Below, piece after piece: positions 47,559 to 59,367 of a stretch of 64,000 bases of DNA. The position numbers were made by a program, and so were the translations under genes. The notes under the pieces are model-generated. The model was not told where the DNA came from and ran no database searches. It was given only the letters and a program-made list of their open reading frames with translations. Every line of letters starts with the position of its first letter. Within the stretch, counting starts at the first letter, position 1. Source of the DNA: Desulfatiglandales bacterium (GTDB lineage: Bacteria; Desulfobacterota; DSM-4660; Desulfatiglandales; HGW-15); contig CAXXJJ010000001.1 in NCBI GenBank assembly GCA_963667015.2, positions 2,688,001 to 2,752,000 on the forward strand, given 5' to 3'.

Positions 47559-48497
47559 CTAGTCATCAATAACAGGCCTTGGATAAAGGCCCGACCTTTC
47601 AACTATCTCAGGAACCTTTTCCTCCCATTCAATTGCCATTACATGAAATCCGTGTATTCCTTCGCATTCCTTAAGTCTCTGAATAGATTCAACGCAGATG
47701 TTTATTCCCTCCTCTGCCTGCTTTTCTTTAGGTACGCCTTTCATTCTATTTATAATTTCATCGGGAACATCCATTCCGGGAACCCTTTTTCCTACATAAT
47801 TTGCCATGCCTGCCGACTTAAGCGGTGTTACACCTGCCAGGATGTGTACCTTTTCATGAAGGCCTCTGTCGCAGACCTGCTTCATCCATAATTCAAATTT
47901 ATCAAGGTTGTAGATGCACTGGGTCTGAATAAATTCAACTCCGGCGGCTATTTTTTTCGCAAGGCGCGGAACACGTATCTCAAAGGGGTCTGCAAAGGGA
48001 TTGGCTGCTGCTCCAACGAACATGCCGGGTGGACGTTTTATATCATCTCCTCCCAGAAATTTCCCTTCGTCACGCATCAGCCGAACAGTCTGTATAAGCT
48101 GCATTGAATCGATATCATGAACATTCTGACCAGTTGGACAGTCTCCAAAGGACTGGTGATCCCCTGACAGGCAGAGAATATTGTAGATATCAAATGAGGC
48201 AGCACCCAGGATATCGCTTTGAAGCGCAATACGGTTCCTGTCCCTTGTAACCATCTGCAACACCGGTTCAATACCCAGCTTCTTAAGGTGTATGCATGCG
48301 GCAAGACTGCAGAGTCTTGTTACAGAAGTCTGGTTGTCAGTAATGTTTATGGCATCAACATGATTTCTGATCATTTCACCCTTTTTCAGGATGGCTTCAG
48401 GGTCACTTCCCCTCGGCGGTCCGCATTCGGAAGTGACCGCCATGTTTCCGCTTGCCAGTATTTTTTCCAGTTTGCTGGGTGTTTTAGTAGTGCTCAT
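47559..48497 (-). CDS. metF: Methylenetetrahydrofolate reductase
   Basis: ECGPP, NITDN, RDRNRIALQSD, SGDH, KKIAAGVEFIQTQ. Confidence 0.92.
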   Translation of the reverse strand: MSTTKTPSKLEKILASGNMAVTSECGPPRGSDPEAILKKGEMIRNHVDAINITDNQTSVTRLCSLAACIHLKKLGIEPVLQMVTRDRNRIALQSDILGAASFDIYNILCLSGDHQSFGDCPTGQNVHDIDSMQLIQTVRLMRDEGKFLGGDDIKRPPGMFVGAAANPFADPFEIRVPRLAKKIAAGVEFIQTQCIYNLDKFELWMKQVCDRGLHEKVHILAGVTPLKSAGMANYVGKRVPGMDVPDEIINRMKGVPKEKQAEEGINICVESIQRLKECEGIHGFHVMAIEWEEKVPEIVERSGLYPRPVIDD

Positions 48498-49162
48498 TGT
48501 CTGACATCCTCCCTTACAACCTTTCGTGGTCCTCCGGCCCTTTCCGTTGACCAGTCTTTGATAGGTGCGAGCTGTTCATATTCATCAAGTTTTCCCAATT
48601 CCTTTAATCGATCTATTATCAACTGCCAGGCACAATCAAGATCCTTGGATATTTCGCATTTACCGTTGGTTGATCCCCCGCATGGACCATTGAACAATCT
48701 CTTTGCGCAGCGGGAAACAGGGCAAATTGATGCGGTCTTTGCCAGTATGCATTGTCCGCATCCCTGGCATCGCTCAGTCCATACACCTCTTTCTTCGGTT
48801 ACTCCCATAAAGGAGGTATTAACTCCGGGAAATATTGGTATGTTAAGGTATTTTTCGGCCATAAACTGAACACCTACCCCGCAGGCAAGGGATACAACTG
48901 CATTATACTTGCCTATGTCATTACGCAGTTCCTCCAGGTACTCATGATCGCACTGCCTTTCAAGGGTGACTTCGTCAATATCAACCTTGTTCCCCTGGTT
49001 CATGAAATACATCCTGAGGGCGGAAGCAAGAATTCCAACCTCTTTTTTGCCACCTGCTTCGCAAACGGTCACGCACTCATTGCAGCCTGCGATAAGTATC
49101 TTTTTAAAACCTTTGATCTCTTCTATAATCTCTTCAATAGGTTTCTGGTCAGCAACTATCAT
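48494..49162 (-). CDS. metV: MTHFR small Fe-S/Zn subunit
   Basis: GCNECVTVC, RQCD, ACGVG, CQGCGQC..CPVSRCAKRLFNGPCGG. Confidence 0.9.
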   Translation of the reverse strand: MIVADQKPIEEIIEEIKGFKKILIAGCNECVTVCEAGGKKEVGILASALRMYFMNQGNKVDIDEVTLERQCDHEYLEELRNDIGKYNAVVSLACGVGVQFMAEKYLNIPIFPGVNTSFMGVTEERGVWTERCQGCGQCILAKTASICPVSRCAKRLFNGPCGGSTNGKCEISKDLDCAWQLIIDRLKELGKLDEYEQLAPIKDWSTERAGGPRKVVREDVRQ

Positions 49163-49187
49163 TTCATCTCCCTCGCTTTCTTGTTGA

Positions 49188-49616
49188 TCACGCTGCTTTT
49201 TTCATCGCGGCTTTTATTGGATTGGGCCCCAGTTCTATAATCTTTTGAGTCATTTCGGTTGCTATCTCGGCAAATCTTGGACCTTCTCCGGAGGACAGGT
49301 TATACATCTGTACCCTTTCTCCTCCTATACCAATCTTGTCCAGTATTTTGGCCGCCTGTTCCACCCTTTTCCTTGCCCTGAGGTTGCCCCTCTCAAAACG
49401 GCAGTCTCCTTCAAGACACCCTACTATATATGCGCCGTCAGCACCCTTTTCGAGAGCCCTCAAGAGGTGGATGATATCAACCTTACCTGTACACGGGACA
49501 CGGATTACCCTGATTGTATCAGGGTAATTAAGTCTCATTGAACCTGCCAGGTCCGCTGCCGTGTATCCTCAGAAGTTACAACAGAAAGCCACAATAATCG
49601 GTTTGAAATCGGTCAT
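49188..49616 (-). CDS. mvhD: MvhD/FlpD [2Fe-2S] subunit, selenoprotein (Sec at codon 16, TGA at 49569-49571)
   Basis: [29 protein letters not shown] continues in frame into the 116-aa ORF; ATG overlaps the hdrA stop (TAATG). Confidence 0.92.
49536..49568 (-). promoter_or_regulatory. Candidate bacterial SECIS of mvhD
   Basis: GGACCT-GGC-AGGTTC hairpin with a G-containing loop about 21 nt 3' of the UGA. Confidence 0.65.
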
Positions 49617-52600
49617 TATATAACCCCTTCAAGTAATGAATCCAGTTTACTCATGATTTGTTCATCTTCATACCAGTTAAGATGAATAGCCTTTGCTGGA
49701 CATTCTGATGCGCATATTCCGCATCCGTGGCAAAGGGCTTCATCGATATAGCTGACTCCCTCTTCATTTATTACAGGTACGTCATAGGGACACGCCCTGA
49801 CACATACCAGGCATGATGCGCACCTGCTTTGATCCACCTCAGCCGTGACTGCCGACAGGACGATCTCCGGCTGTGAAAGGAAGGTCGCAGCTCTTGAAGC
49901 TGCTGCCATGGCCTGGGAGATACTCTCGGAGATAAGTTTCGGGCTGTGGGCTGTTCCGCACAGAAAGATGCCGTCATTTGCCAGGTCAACAGGACGCAGT
50001 TTGACATGCGCTTCAATAAAATAACCTTCTTTGCTTTTAGGCAGTTTCAGGATCGAGGCAAGTTCATCGGTATCCGTGGGGACCATGCCCGCACTGAGGG
50101 CAAGCAGGTCTGATCTTACCTTTATATCCCTGCGGAGGATATGGTCGAAGAAGGTTACATGTAATCCATCATCACGTGCCTCAACCTGCGGAGGATTATC
50201 CTTTGAATATCTTACAAATCTGACTCCTTTTCTTCTTGCCTCGGTATAATAATCCTCAAGCATTCCATAGGTTCGTATGTCACGGTTTAATATCCATACA
50301 TCCGTATCAGGATTAAGGTCCTTTATATGAAGGGCATTTTTGATGGCTGCCTGACAGCATACGCGTGAGCAGTTGGGGTTCTCATCATTCCTGGAACCGA
50401 TACACTGGATCATTACCACGCGCTTTAGATCGTCAGCCCCTCTCACTTCCAGCCTTTTTCCGAGGCCTATCTGGGTGAATACCCTGTGATCCTTGCCAAA
50501 GTAGTATTCTGTGGGCTCGTATTCATTTGCACCAGTTGCAACGATGATAACACCATGCTCTATCTTGCGTGAATACATGTTCGGGCCTACCATTACCTCG
50601 GTATAAAAATTTCCTTTAAATCCTCCGAACCCCACAACCAGAGATTCAGTCAATACCTGTATTTTATCATGCTGCGACACCCTGTCTGTCAGGTACACAA
50701 GTTGTTTTTGAATATCATTGCCTTCAATGGTTGTGGTCAGATTATTGGCAAGGCCCCCAAGCTGTTTTTCCTTTTCAATCAACACAACCTCATAACCCTG
50801 ATCTGCCAGACTCAGTGATGCCGTAATACCTGAGACTCCGCCGCCGATTACGACCGCGCGCATAGTGATGGGTATTCTCTTTTCCTTTAAAGGGGTTAAA
50901 TAGCCTGCCCTTGCAACCGCCATCCTGACCAGATCCTTTGCCTTTTCTGTTGCCGCAGCAGGATCGAGTGCATGAACCCATGAGTTCTGATCTCTTATAT
51001 TAGCCATTTCAAAGAGATATTTATTAAGACCACAGGCCTGGAGAGTTTCCTGGAAAAGCGGCTCATGGGTCCTCGGGGAACAGGATGCAACAACAACCCT
51101 GTTCAGGTTGTTTTCCTTGATTACTCCCTTGAGTTTTTCCTGGGTATCCTGGGAGCAGCTGAACAGGTTTTCCTGTGCCAGTGCTACAAATGGAAGATTG
51201 CCGGCATAGTCTACAACCTCAGGGACATTGACAACACCTGCTATATTAACGCCGCAGTCGCAGATGAATACCCCTATTCTAGGCTCTTCTTTACTTACGT
51301 CGATTTCATCGGGGATTGTTACAGTCCTTACCTCGCTGCCCCTTGCAGCCGTCAGATCAATACTTACGGCACAGGCGGCTGCACTCGCTTCGGTAACTGA
51401 GGTGGGAATATCTTTTGGTCCCTGGAATGTCCCGGAGACATAGACTCCGGGCCTTGATGTATGGACAGGATTGAAGACCGGTGATTCTGTAAAATTATAC
51501 TTGTTAAGTGATATCCCTATCCTGTTGGCAAGCTCGATATTATTATCATGTATTTCAAATCCGACAGACAGTACTACCATATCGAATCTTTCTTCCTGGA
51601 AGTTACCTTCTTCATCAGAGTATTTTAATATCAGGTCATCACTTCCGTGAACAGGATCTATTGTATGTATCCTTGATCGAATAAATCTTACACCTCGCTC
51701 ATTTTTTGCCCTGTCATAATATTTTTCATAGTCTTTTCCATAGGTCCTGATATCCATATAGAATATAGCCGTGTCAAGATTACCCTTCATATGCTCTTTT
51801 GCTATCATGGCATCCTTGATGGCATACATACAGCAGACACCGGAACAGTATCCGTTATTGCAGTTTGCAGTATCCCTGGAGCCGACACACTGGAGCCATG
51901 CTATCTTTTCCGGTTCCTTTTTATCAGAAGGGCGAACAAGGTGGCCCATTGTCGGTCCTGTTGCACTCAGGATTCGTTCAAACTCAGCGCTGGTAAGAAC
52001 ATTTGGATGGCTGTTGTACTTATAAAATTCATCACTGCTGTCGAGATCATATAATGATGCGCCGGGACACAGAATTACAGAACCCACATCTATATCTCTT
52101 TCCACAGGTTTCTGATCGTGATTGATTGCCTTTGCCACGCATGCATCAACACACTGGTAGCATTCACAGCAGTACCCGCAGTTCAGGCATCTCTGGGCCT
52201 CGGATATTCCGGTTTCCTCGTCATATCCCAGTTCCACTTCATTAAAGTTGCCTTTTCTACTGTCCGCGGGCAACTCCTTTACAATGGCCCTTGCACGGGC
52301 CTCAATATTCGGTGGGATGGGTCGGTATTCGGGATCAGGTGTTTCAAGCGGCTCCCTTCCTTCACAGAGGTCAATATCGTCAATGTATCGTGCAATTGAT
52401 TCGGCTGCTTCCTTTCCTGCAGCAACAGCACCTATTGCCACCCATGGACCGGTCTGCAGATCACCACCGGCAAAGACCCCTTCCTTTCCTGTATAGTATG
52501 ACACAGGGTCTACCTCAACGGTTCCCCATTTTGATATGTTTAAATTTTCTTCATCAGCAAAGGCCGAAAGATCAGGCGTTTGTCCTATTGCTGGTATAAT

Positions 52601-54061
52601 CTGATCCACATCAAGGTCATACTCACTCCCCGGTGTTGGTACCGGCCTTCTCCTTCCTGATGAATCCGGTTCCCCAAGTTCCATTTTAATACATCTTAAT
52701 CCCGTTACCCTGCCATTGCTTGTAAGTATCTCCTGGGGAGCTGAAAGATAATTTATTTTTACGCCTTCATCCTCAGCCGCCTGAATCTCTTCCTCCCACG
52801 CTGGCATCTCGCTTCGCGTCCTGCGGTAGATAATATCTACTTCTTCAGCCCCGAGTCTGATCACGGACCTTGATACATCGATGGCAACATTTCCACCACC
52901 TACTATTGCAACCTTTTTACCTACGGGTGCCTTACCATTCAGGTTGACTTCACGAAGAAAATCTACTCCCTGTCGCACTCCCTCGGATTTTTCACCCGGT
53001 ATGCCGAGTTCGATGCCTTTGTGGGCACCTATTGCAAGATATACCGCGCTGTACCCGTCACCAAGCAGTCCGTCTATTGTGATATCTCTGCCAAGTGCGA
53101 TGCCTGTTTTTATGTCAACACCAAGATTGGTTATTATTTCTATCTCCTGATCAAGTACAGCGCCTGGTAATCTGTGATCCGGTATACCAACCCGAAGCAT
53201 CCCTCCTGCCTTTGGCTGGGCCTCATATATCGTTGATAAGAAGCCCTTTCTTGCAAGGTGATATGCGGCAGAAAGACCGGCAGGGCCTGATCCTATAATA
53301 GCAACCTTTTCATCTCTTTTTTGAAGACACTCAATCTCAATCTCCCTTGGATCAAACTTGTCGGCAGCGAGCCTTTTCAGGGTCCTTATTGCAACAGGCG
53401 CATCAACTTCGCACCTGCGGCAGGCATCCTCGCAGCCATGGGGGCATATTCTGCCAAGCACGCCCGGAAGAGGCAGGTCTTCCATAATTATATTTAACGC
53501 CTCTTTATATTTTCCCTGCCCTACCATCTGTACATATCCCTGAACATTTATCCCCGCGGGACAGGCAAGCCTGCATGGCGCCTTGTCTTTTTTCTTTATC
53601 GCATAGGCCCCAGGGATTGCCTGGGGATAAAGTTTATAGGTGGCTTTTTTAGGTGAAAGGCCCCAGTCGTATTCATTCTCCAGCGTCACAGGACACACGG
53701 CTGAGCATTCTCCGCATCCTGTACATTTATCTATATCAATGTATCTCGCTTCCTGTTTAATCCTGGCTGTAAAATTTCCTTTTGCTCCATCGAGATTAAG
53801 GAGTTCTGTACCAGTTAAAAGCTCTATGTTCAGGTGCCGGCCGACCTCGACCAGTTTGGGCGAGATAATTCACATGGCGCAGTCGTTGGTCGGGAATGTC
53901 TTGTCAAGCTGAGACATCAATCCGCCTATTGCGGATGATTTTTCAACCAGATAGACATAGTAACCGGAATTAGCCAGATCCAGCGCTGACTGCATACCGG
54001 TGATTCCGCCGCCGACTACCATAACAGAACCTGATATTTTATTGCTGTTGTTTCCGGACAT
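49616..54061 (-). CDS. hdrA: Large heterodisulfide reductase subunit A (HdrL-type with inserted GltD-like NAD(P)H module), selenoprotein (Sec at codon 64, TGA at 53870-53872), 1481 aa
   Basis: [31 protein letters not shown] joins the 63-aa and 1360-aa ORFs in frame; [27 protein letters not shown], several ferredoxin motifs. Confidence 0.93.
53837..53869 (-). promoter_or_regulatory. Candidate bacterial SECIS of hdrA
   Basis: CTGGTCG-AGGT-CGGCCGG hairpin starting 15 nt after the UGA. Confidence 0.6.
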
Positions 54062-54136
54062 ATTATCCTTCCTGTCTGTGACCTTTATTCAAATGAATTG
54101 ATTCTTAACCTGATTCGATAACCCTTGATCCGGCCT

Positions 54137-55012
54137 TTATAATCCTGCCTCATCCAGTATTTTTGGCACTTTATCTTCCCAGCCTGCAGTGGATATCATT
54201 ATACCCGCCATACCCAGTTCCCTGAGCTGGCCTATTATCTCTGAGGCTGTATTGATGCATTGTTTCTGTTTGTCAGGGGCCTTCTGTATTTCCCTTATTA
54301 TTTCTGAAGGGATTGAAATATTTTTTATATTCCTGTCGATGTATCTGGCCATTCCGGCTGACTTTAAAAGAAGCACAGTTGGTATCACGGCTACATCCAT
54401 ATCTTTAATACGTTTACTGAACTGTTTAAAACTATGGATATCAAATATCGGGTTGGTAATAATGAATTCAATACCGCTGTTGATCTTTTTCTGAAGGTTT
54501 TCCAGTTCAAGTTCGAGAAGGCCTCCCGGTGCGTTTGTGTCTATAACTGAGCCCATAAAGAAACCGGGTGCGCCTGTTAATTCTATTCCCGCCAGGTCTT
54601 TACCATTTTCGAGTGTTTTTATGGCTTCAATAAGTTCCAGAGAGTCAAGATCATTGACCGCTCTTGCCTTTGGATGATCCCCGAAATGAATATCTTCCCC
54701 CTGCACAGCCATTATATTCGGTATCCCGAGGGCCGCTGCGGTCAGTATATCTGCCTGCAGGGCCAGCCTGTTCCTGTCCCTGCAGCAGACCTGATACACG
54801 GTCTCCATCCCCTCACTCTGCAGATAGGCGCAGCTTCCCAGCGAGCCAGCCTTCATTACGGCATTTGCCATTTCTGGGACTAATAATGCATCTACTCTTC
54901 CCTTTACCAGGTTTGCGTTTTTCCGGAAGGATGAGAAATCAGCGCCTTTCGGTGGTTCAAATTCTTCAATAACTACAAATTGGCCGGACTTGATCTTATT
55001 TTTCAAGGACAT
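54137..55012 (-). CDS. Second, divergent methylenetetrahydrofolate reductase paralog
   Basis: EFEPPKG, CRDRNRLALQAD, QGED, KKINSGIEFIITNP; ATG at 55012 follows GGAGG. Confidence 0.85.
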   Translation of the reverse strand: MSLKNKIKSGQFVVIEEFEPPKGADFSSFRKNANLVKGRVDALLVPEMANAVMKAGSLGSCAYLQSEGMETVYQVCCRDRNRLALQADILTAAALGIPNIMAVQGEDIHFGDHPKARAVNDLDSLELIEAIKTLENGKDLAGIELTGAPGFFMGSVIDTNAPGGLLELELENLQKKINSGIEFIITNPIFDIHSFKQFSKRIKDMDVAVIPTVLLLKSAGMARYIDRNIKNISIPSEIIREIQKAPDKQKQCINTASEIIGQLRELGMAGIMISTAGWEDKVPKILDEAGL

Positions 55013-55028
55013 CTTGTGCGCCTCCAGG

Positions 55029-55403
55029 TTATTGCGATAGACTGTTGATAGCGTTTGAAACGGCCATCTCAAGATCATCAATTCCAAATGATTTTATGTG
55101 ATAATAGAATATCTTCTGCTGCCGGATCTTACTTTCCAGTTCGGGGGTATTGCTTTCGGCACAGATTATTACCGGCAGGTCTTTTTCTATTCCCTTTATT
55201 ACCGAAATAAATCCGCAGTCATCCTCAAGAAGGGCTGCATCAATGACAAGAGCATCCACTCTTCCTTCCTGAAGTGAGAGAAGTGTTTCCTTTAAACTAT
55301 CGACCTTGATCAGCCTTATTCCATGCTTTTCAAGAAAAGGAGAGAGTTCCTTTGAGGTTGTTTCCAGCGGTTCTGAAAAAAGTACTATTTTTTCTTTTTC
55401 CAT
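55029..55403 (-). CDS. Degenerate receiver (CheY-like) domain protein
   Basis: Alpha/beta pattern, ALVID, LPVIIC, HIKSF; N-terminal acidic pair missing. Confidence 0.65.
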   Translation of the reverse strand: MEKEKIVLFSEPLETTSKELSPFLEKHGIRLIKVDSLKETLLSLQEGRVDALVIDAALLEDDCGFISVIKGIEKDLPVIICAESNTPELESKIRQQKIFYYHIKSFGIDDLEMAVSNAINSLSQ

Positions 55404-55515
55404 AAGCTCGTGACTTTTATATTCAGTAATAAATCTGATACTTGAGAATGAATAAAAATAATTCTGAACTTCGGTTTGCTGGTGATAAAAATAATTCTGT
55501 ACAATTTATATATAA

Positions 55516-55531
55516 AGCAAGTGTCGTGCCT
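55516..55531 (-). promoter_or_regulatory. Sigma-54 promoter of the metF-hdrA-mvhD operon
   Basis: Minus strand AGGCACGACACTTGCT, GG-N10-GC spacing. Confidence 0.8.
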
Positions 55532-56202
55532 TTTTATGACAGGTAGAAGAATAGACTGGTAAAACAGGATGTTATGTCAAGCCTGACTAATTTTGAATAT
55601 AATCATATTTAGGGTAAAAATGTCGCAAAATGATGAGTAAACATTTATAACTCCCTGAAATAATGGATAAAAAATACTCAAAGAGATATATGTTCTCATA
55701 TGGGATATAATTACCCATTTATTTTTAGTGATATGAGATTGGAATTTTGTCCATATTTCAACCTTGAATCCTTGTATAAAGATTATTTTTCTAATAGATT
55801 TTTGTTTTGTTCTCCCTTCATCTCTTGTTGTTAATTTTAAATTTAAGGTCATTAACAATATACGATTTATGTCAATATATTGACTTCTATTTCATGATAG
55901 CACCGATTATTGACCTTGATCGCCATTATTTACGCTATACTGCAGAAATAAAATAAAACTTACAGGTGAAAAGTTCACCCGTGAGGATAGTACAACAGGC
56001 CTGACACCCCCCAGAATACCGCATTTTTAAAGATAAGATCTATCTTAGAGCAGTACGATGTTTTTATGAAGAGTTTATAATTGCCTGGTTTTTATTTTTA
56101 CTTACTTAATTTGTCAGTAATAAATGGCATATATATTGCTTTGGAATTGGTACCGGATTCAGGCAGCTAAGGATGTTATTCCAATAATAAATGGTGTGAA
56201 AC

Positions 56203-59200
56203 ATGCTGAAAAAAACAGACCACATTCCAATAGTTATATTGATTGCAAGCCTTTTTATAGCTGGAATGGCCTATAAGATATTAAGGGATAAGGAGCTTTA
56301 TGTCCACCAGGAGAATTTCCTGAACAGGGCAGAGCGTGGATTCAGGTATGTGGAGATTGAATGCAATAATGCCCTTTCCATTGAGAAGCTGTTAAATGCC
56401 TTTTTCTATGCCTCGGAGTCTGTATCAAGGAATAAGTTTGAGATATTTTCAAGGGATCTTCTTAAGGAATATCCCTTTATACAGGCCCTTGGATGGATCC
56501 CGAGAGTTAAGAATGAAGACAGGTTTTCATTTGAGCAAAAGGCACGACGGGATGGTATGGAAAATTTTCAATTCTTATACATTGGAAATGATAATTTCAT
56601 GCATCCTGTCGAGGAAAAGACAGAATACTTTCCTGTTTATTATATTGAACCATATTCAGATAATGAAAAGAAAGCTGGTTATGATCTGTCATCCGGTAGA
56701 GATTTTTATATCGCAATGCGTACTTCATGGCTGACAGGTAAAAGTGTAGTTACTGCCGGTTCCACCCTTTTTAATGATAATGGTTTACTGAATAATTTTA
56801 TTTTATTGACACCTGTATATGATAAAAATGCAGCAACATTTATCCCTTCAGGACGCGAAGAGGGCTTGTCAGGATTCATCCTCGGGGTTTTAAATTTTAG
56901 AAGACTGATAGAGGAGTCCTTCAGGCACCTTGAATTACCTGTCATGGTTTTCCATTTTTATGACATAACGAATGTAAGGGCTTCAGCTTCTTATATTATG
57001 TCGATAAACCTGTCTGATAAAGGAAAGCCTGATGAGCGGCCAGAAAAGAGGCAGCTGTTTCCCGGTGAGGAGTTGAGAGCTTCGGATCTCAATATTTTCA
57101 GCAAAAGCCATTCCTTCAGATTTGGAGAAAGAGACTGGGCGGTGGTTTCTGTCCTGGATAAAAATCTTGTTGATGAATATTTAACTAATCAGCCGCTTAT
57201 AGTATCTGTATTTATACTCCTGATAGGCAGTATGCTTTCCTATTTGTTTTACAGCCAGATTAAAAAAAGATCAGTGATAGAAGAAGAAGTAAAATCACGG
57301 ACAATGGATCTGCAGGAATCTCAAAAACAGTTGATAGCAACCAACCTGCAACTGGAAAAATCTGTGCTTTATTCAAATGAGATGGTAGTAAAGGCTGAGA
57401 TTGCCAGTGGTGCCAAGAGTGAGTTTCTGGCAAATATGAGCCATGAAATAAGGACCCCAATGAACGGGATAATCGGTATGACCGGCCTGTTAATGGATAC
57501 CGATTTAAGTAAGGATCAAAGGAATTATGTCGAAATTATTCAAGGCAGCGGAGAGGCTCTTCTTACCCTTATCAATGATATTCTCGATTTTTCAAAGATC
57601 GAGGCAGGTAAACTCGAAATCGAACATATAGGTTTTAATTTGAGATCCGTGCTGGAAGACACCGTCGAATTGATCTCGGTTAAGGCAAGGGAAAAGGGGA
57701 TTGAGCTGACTTCGTTTTTATCGCCCGATGTTCCGTTTCTGCTTAAAGGTGATCCAGGCCGTATCAGGCAGATACTGACAAATCTTATCGGCAATGCAAT
57801 AAAATTTACCGACAGGGGAGAAGTGTCGGTCCGGGTTAGTCTTGAAGGCAGGGAAGATAAAAGTGTAACCATATGTTTTATAATCTCTGATACGGGTATT
57901 GGAATTCCCCGGAACCGGGTAAATCATCTGTTTTCTGCCTTCACCCAGGTTGACGGATCAACCACAAGAAAATATGGGGGGACAGGGCTTGGACTGGCAA
58001 TAAGTAAACAAATTGTTGAATTGATGGGCGGGACAATAGGTGTCGAGAGTGAGGAGGGCAAGGGTTCCACTTTCCGATTTATGATAACATTTGAGCTACA
58101 GGAAGATGTTGAAGATCATTTATTTACGCATAATGTAGATTTAAGTGGAAAAAAGATTCTCATCGTCGATGACCATAAGACCAACCTGCTGTTTCTCAGT
58201 ACTCTGTTAAATTCCTGGGGCTGTAATGTTCTGGAAGCAGTCAATGGAGCAGACGCCCTGGAGAAGATTCGTGAGTGCAAATTTAATGGTGAAATCCCTG
58301 CTGCCGCTATCCTTGATATGCAGATGCCGGTGATGGATGGTATAGAACTTGCCAGCACAATCAGAAATGATCCTGAGCTGGATGTTGTAGTTTTGATTTT
58401 AATGTCTTCTACCGGGATGCAGGGTGAAAGTGACAAACTCAGTAAGGCAGGTTTCGCAGCCTGTCTCATGAAACCTGTCAGGCAGAGCCAGATTTTTGAT
58501 TGTCTTTCCATGGCACTGGAAAAGAATTCTGTGAAAGCTGATAAAAACAGGGAGGCCAGGCTGATTACCAAAGATTCCCTGCCACCGGTAAAGAGAGATC
58601 ATTTCAGGGTACTGCTGGCAGATGATTCTATTACCAACCAGGCAGTGGCTGTTGCCATTTTAAATAAACTTGGATACAGTGCGGATACTGTTATAAACGG
58701 CAGTGAAGCTATCAACGCACTGAAGGTAAAAAAATATCATATTGTCCTGATGGATTGCCAGATGCCGGATATGGATGGGTATGAGGCGACAAGAAGGATC
58801 AGGAAAAATAAGGATGGTATTAAGAATCCAGATATTCCTGTCATTGCATTAACTGCCAATGCCCTTAAAGGTGACCGTGAAAAATGTATTGCTGCAGGCA
58901 TGAATGACTATCTGAGCAAACCAATTGACCCGATGGTTCTCAGGGAAAAGCTTGATAAATGGCTTTCGGATGAGAATGCTGCTGCAGGGTTTCCTGAAGA
59001 GGATAATCAGGATATGCCTGAAGCTCCGGAAATGCGGATTTTTGAGCGGGAGATACTTCTTGAGCGGTTAATGGGAGATAAAGAGCTTGCTGATATAGTG
59101 ATAGACGGCTTTATAAATGATATCCCTGTTCAACTGAATGAAATTAAAAGAAATATTGATGAGGGAAAATCTGAAGCTGCAGGAATACTGGCACACAAGG

Positions 59201-59367
59201 TGAAAGGTGCCGCCGGAAACATAGCAAGTCCTTCCATACAGGGAATTGCCTTTGAAATGGAGAAGGCCGGTGAATCAGGAGATATTGATCTGCTTATAAC
59301 TCTAATGCCCAGACTTGAACAGGAATTTGAGAAATTTAAAATAAAAGTGAAAATGGATTCAGTATGA
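56203..59367 (+). CDS. Hybrid sensor kinase: CHASE-HisKA-HATPase-REC-REC-Hpt
   Basis: [13 protein letters not shown] (CHASE), [22 protein letters not shown], two REC domains, AHKVKGAAG. Confidence 0.95.
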   Translation: MLKKTDHIPIVILIASLFIAGMAYKILRDKELYVHQENFLNRAERGFRYVEIECNNALSIEKLLNAFFYASESVSRNKFEIFSRDLLKEYPFIQALGWIPRVKNEDRFSFEQKARRDGMENFQFLYIGNDNFMHPVEEKTEYFPVYYIEPYSDNEKKAGYDLSSGRDFYIAMRTSWLTGKSVVTAGSTLFNDNGLLNNFILLTPVYDKNAATFIPSGREEGLSGFILGVLNFRRLIEESFRHLELPVMVFHFYDITNVRASASYIMSINLSDKGKPDERPEKRQLFPGEELRASDLNIFSKSHSFRFGERDWAVVSVLDKNLVDEYLTNQPLIVSVFILLIGSMLSYLFYSQIKKRSVIEEEVKSRTMDLQESQKQLIATNLQLEKSVLYSNEMVVKAEIASGAKSEFLANMSHEIRTPMNGIIGMTGLLMDTDLSKDQRNYVEIIQGSGEALLTLINDILDFSKIEAGKLEIEHIGFNLRSVLEDTVELISVKAREKGIELTSFLSPDVPFLLKGDPGRIRQILTNLIGNAIKFTDRGEVSVRVSLEGREDKSVTICFIISDTGIGIPRNRVNHLFSAFTQVDGSTTRKYGGTGLGLAISKQIVELMGGTIGVESEEGKGSTFRFMITFELQEDVEDHLFTHNVDLSGKKILIVDDHKTNLLFLSTLLNSWGCNVLEAVNGADALEKIRECKFNGEIPAAAILDMQMPVMDGIELASTIRNDPELDVVVLILMSSTGMQGESDKLSKAGFAACLMKPVRQSQIFDCLSMALEKNSVKADKNREARLITKDSLPPVKRDHFRVLLADDSITNQAVAVAILNKLGYSADTVINGSEAINALKVKKYHIVLMDCQMPDMDGYEATRRIRKNKDGIKNPDIPVIALTANALKGDREKCIAAGMNDYLSKPIDPMVLREKLDKWLSDENAAAGFPEEDNQDMPEAPEMRIFEREILLERLMGDKELADIVIDGFINDIPVQLNEIKRNIDEGKSEAAGILAHKVKGAAGNIASPSIQGIAFEMEKAGESGDIDLLITLMPRLEQEFEKFKIKVKMDSV

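Noticed and set aside
53870..54061. 63-aa ORF as a separate gene, or hdrA as a nonsense pseudogene
   Set aside because: The TGA lies at a conserved Cys position, the frame continues, and a SECIS-like hairpin follows; better explained as selenocysteine.
55577..55858. 93-aa minus-strand ORF and the 12167-12424 and 41203-41736 ORFs
   Set aside because: They lie in AT-rich or repeat-containing intergenic DNA or overlap better-supported genes; no RBS or motifs.
55960..56015. Possible c-di-GMP riboswitch upstream of the hybrid kinase
   Set aside because: Only a small GGTGAA-AAG-TTCACC hairpin; the GEMM core and second stem are not evident.
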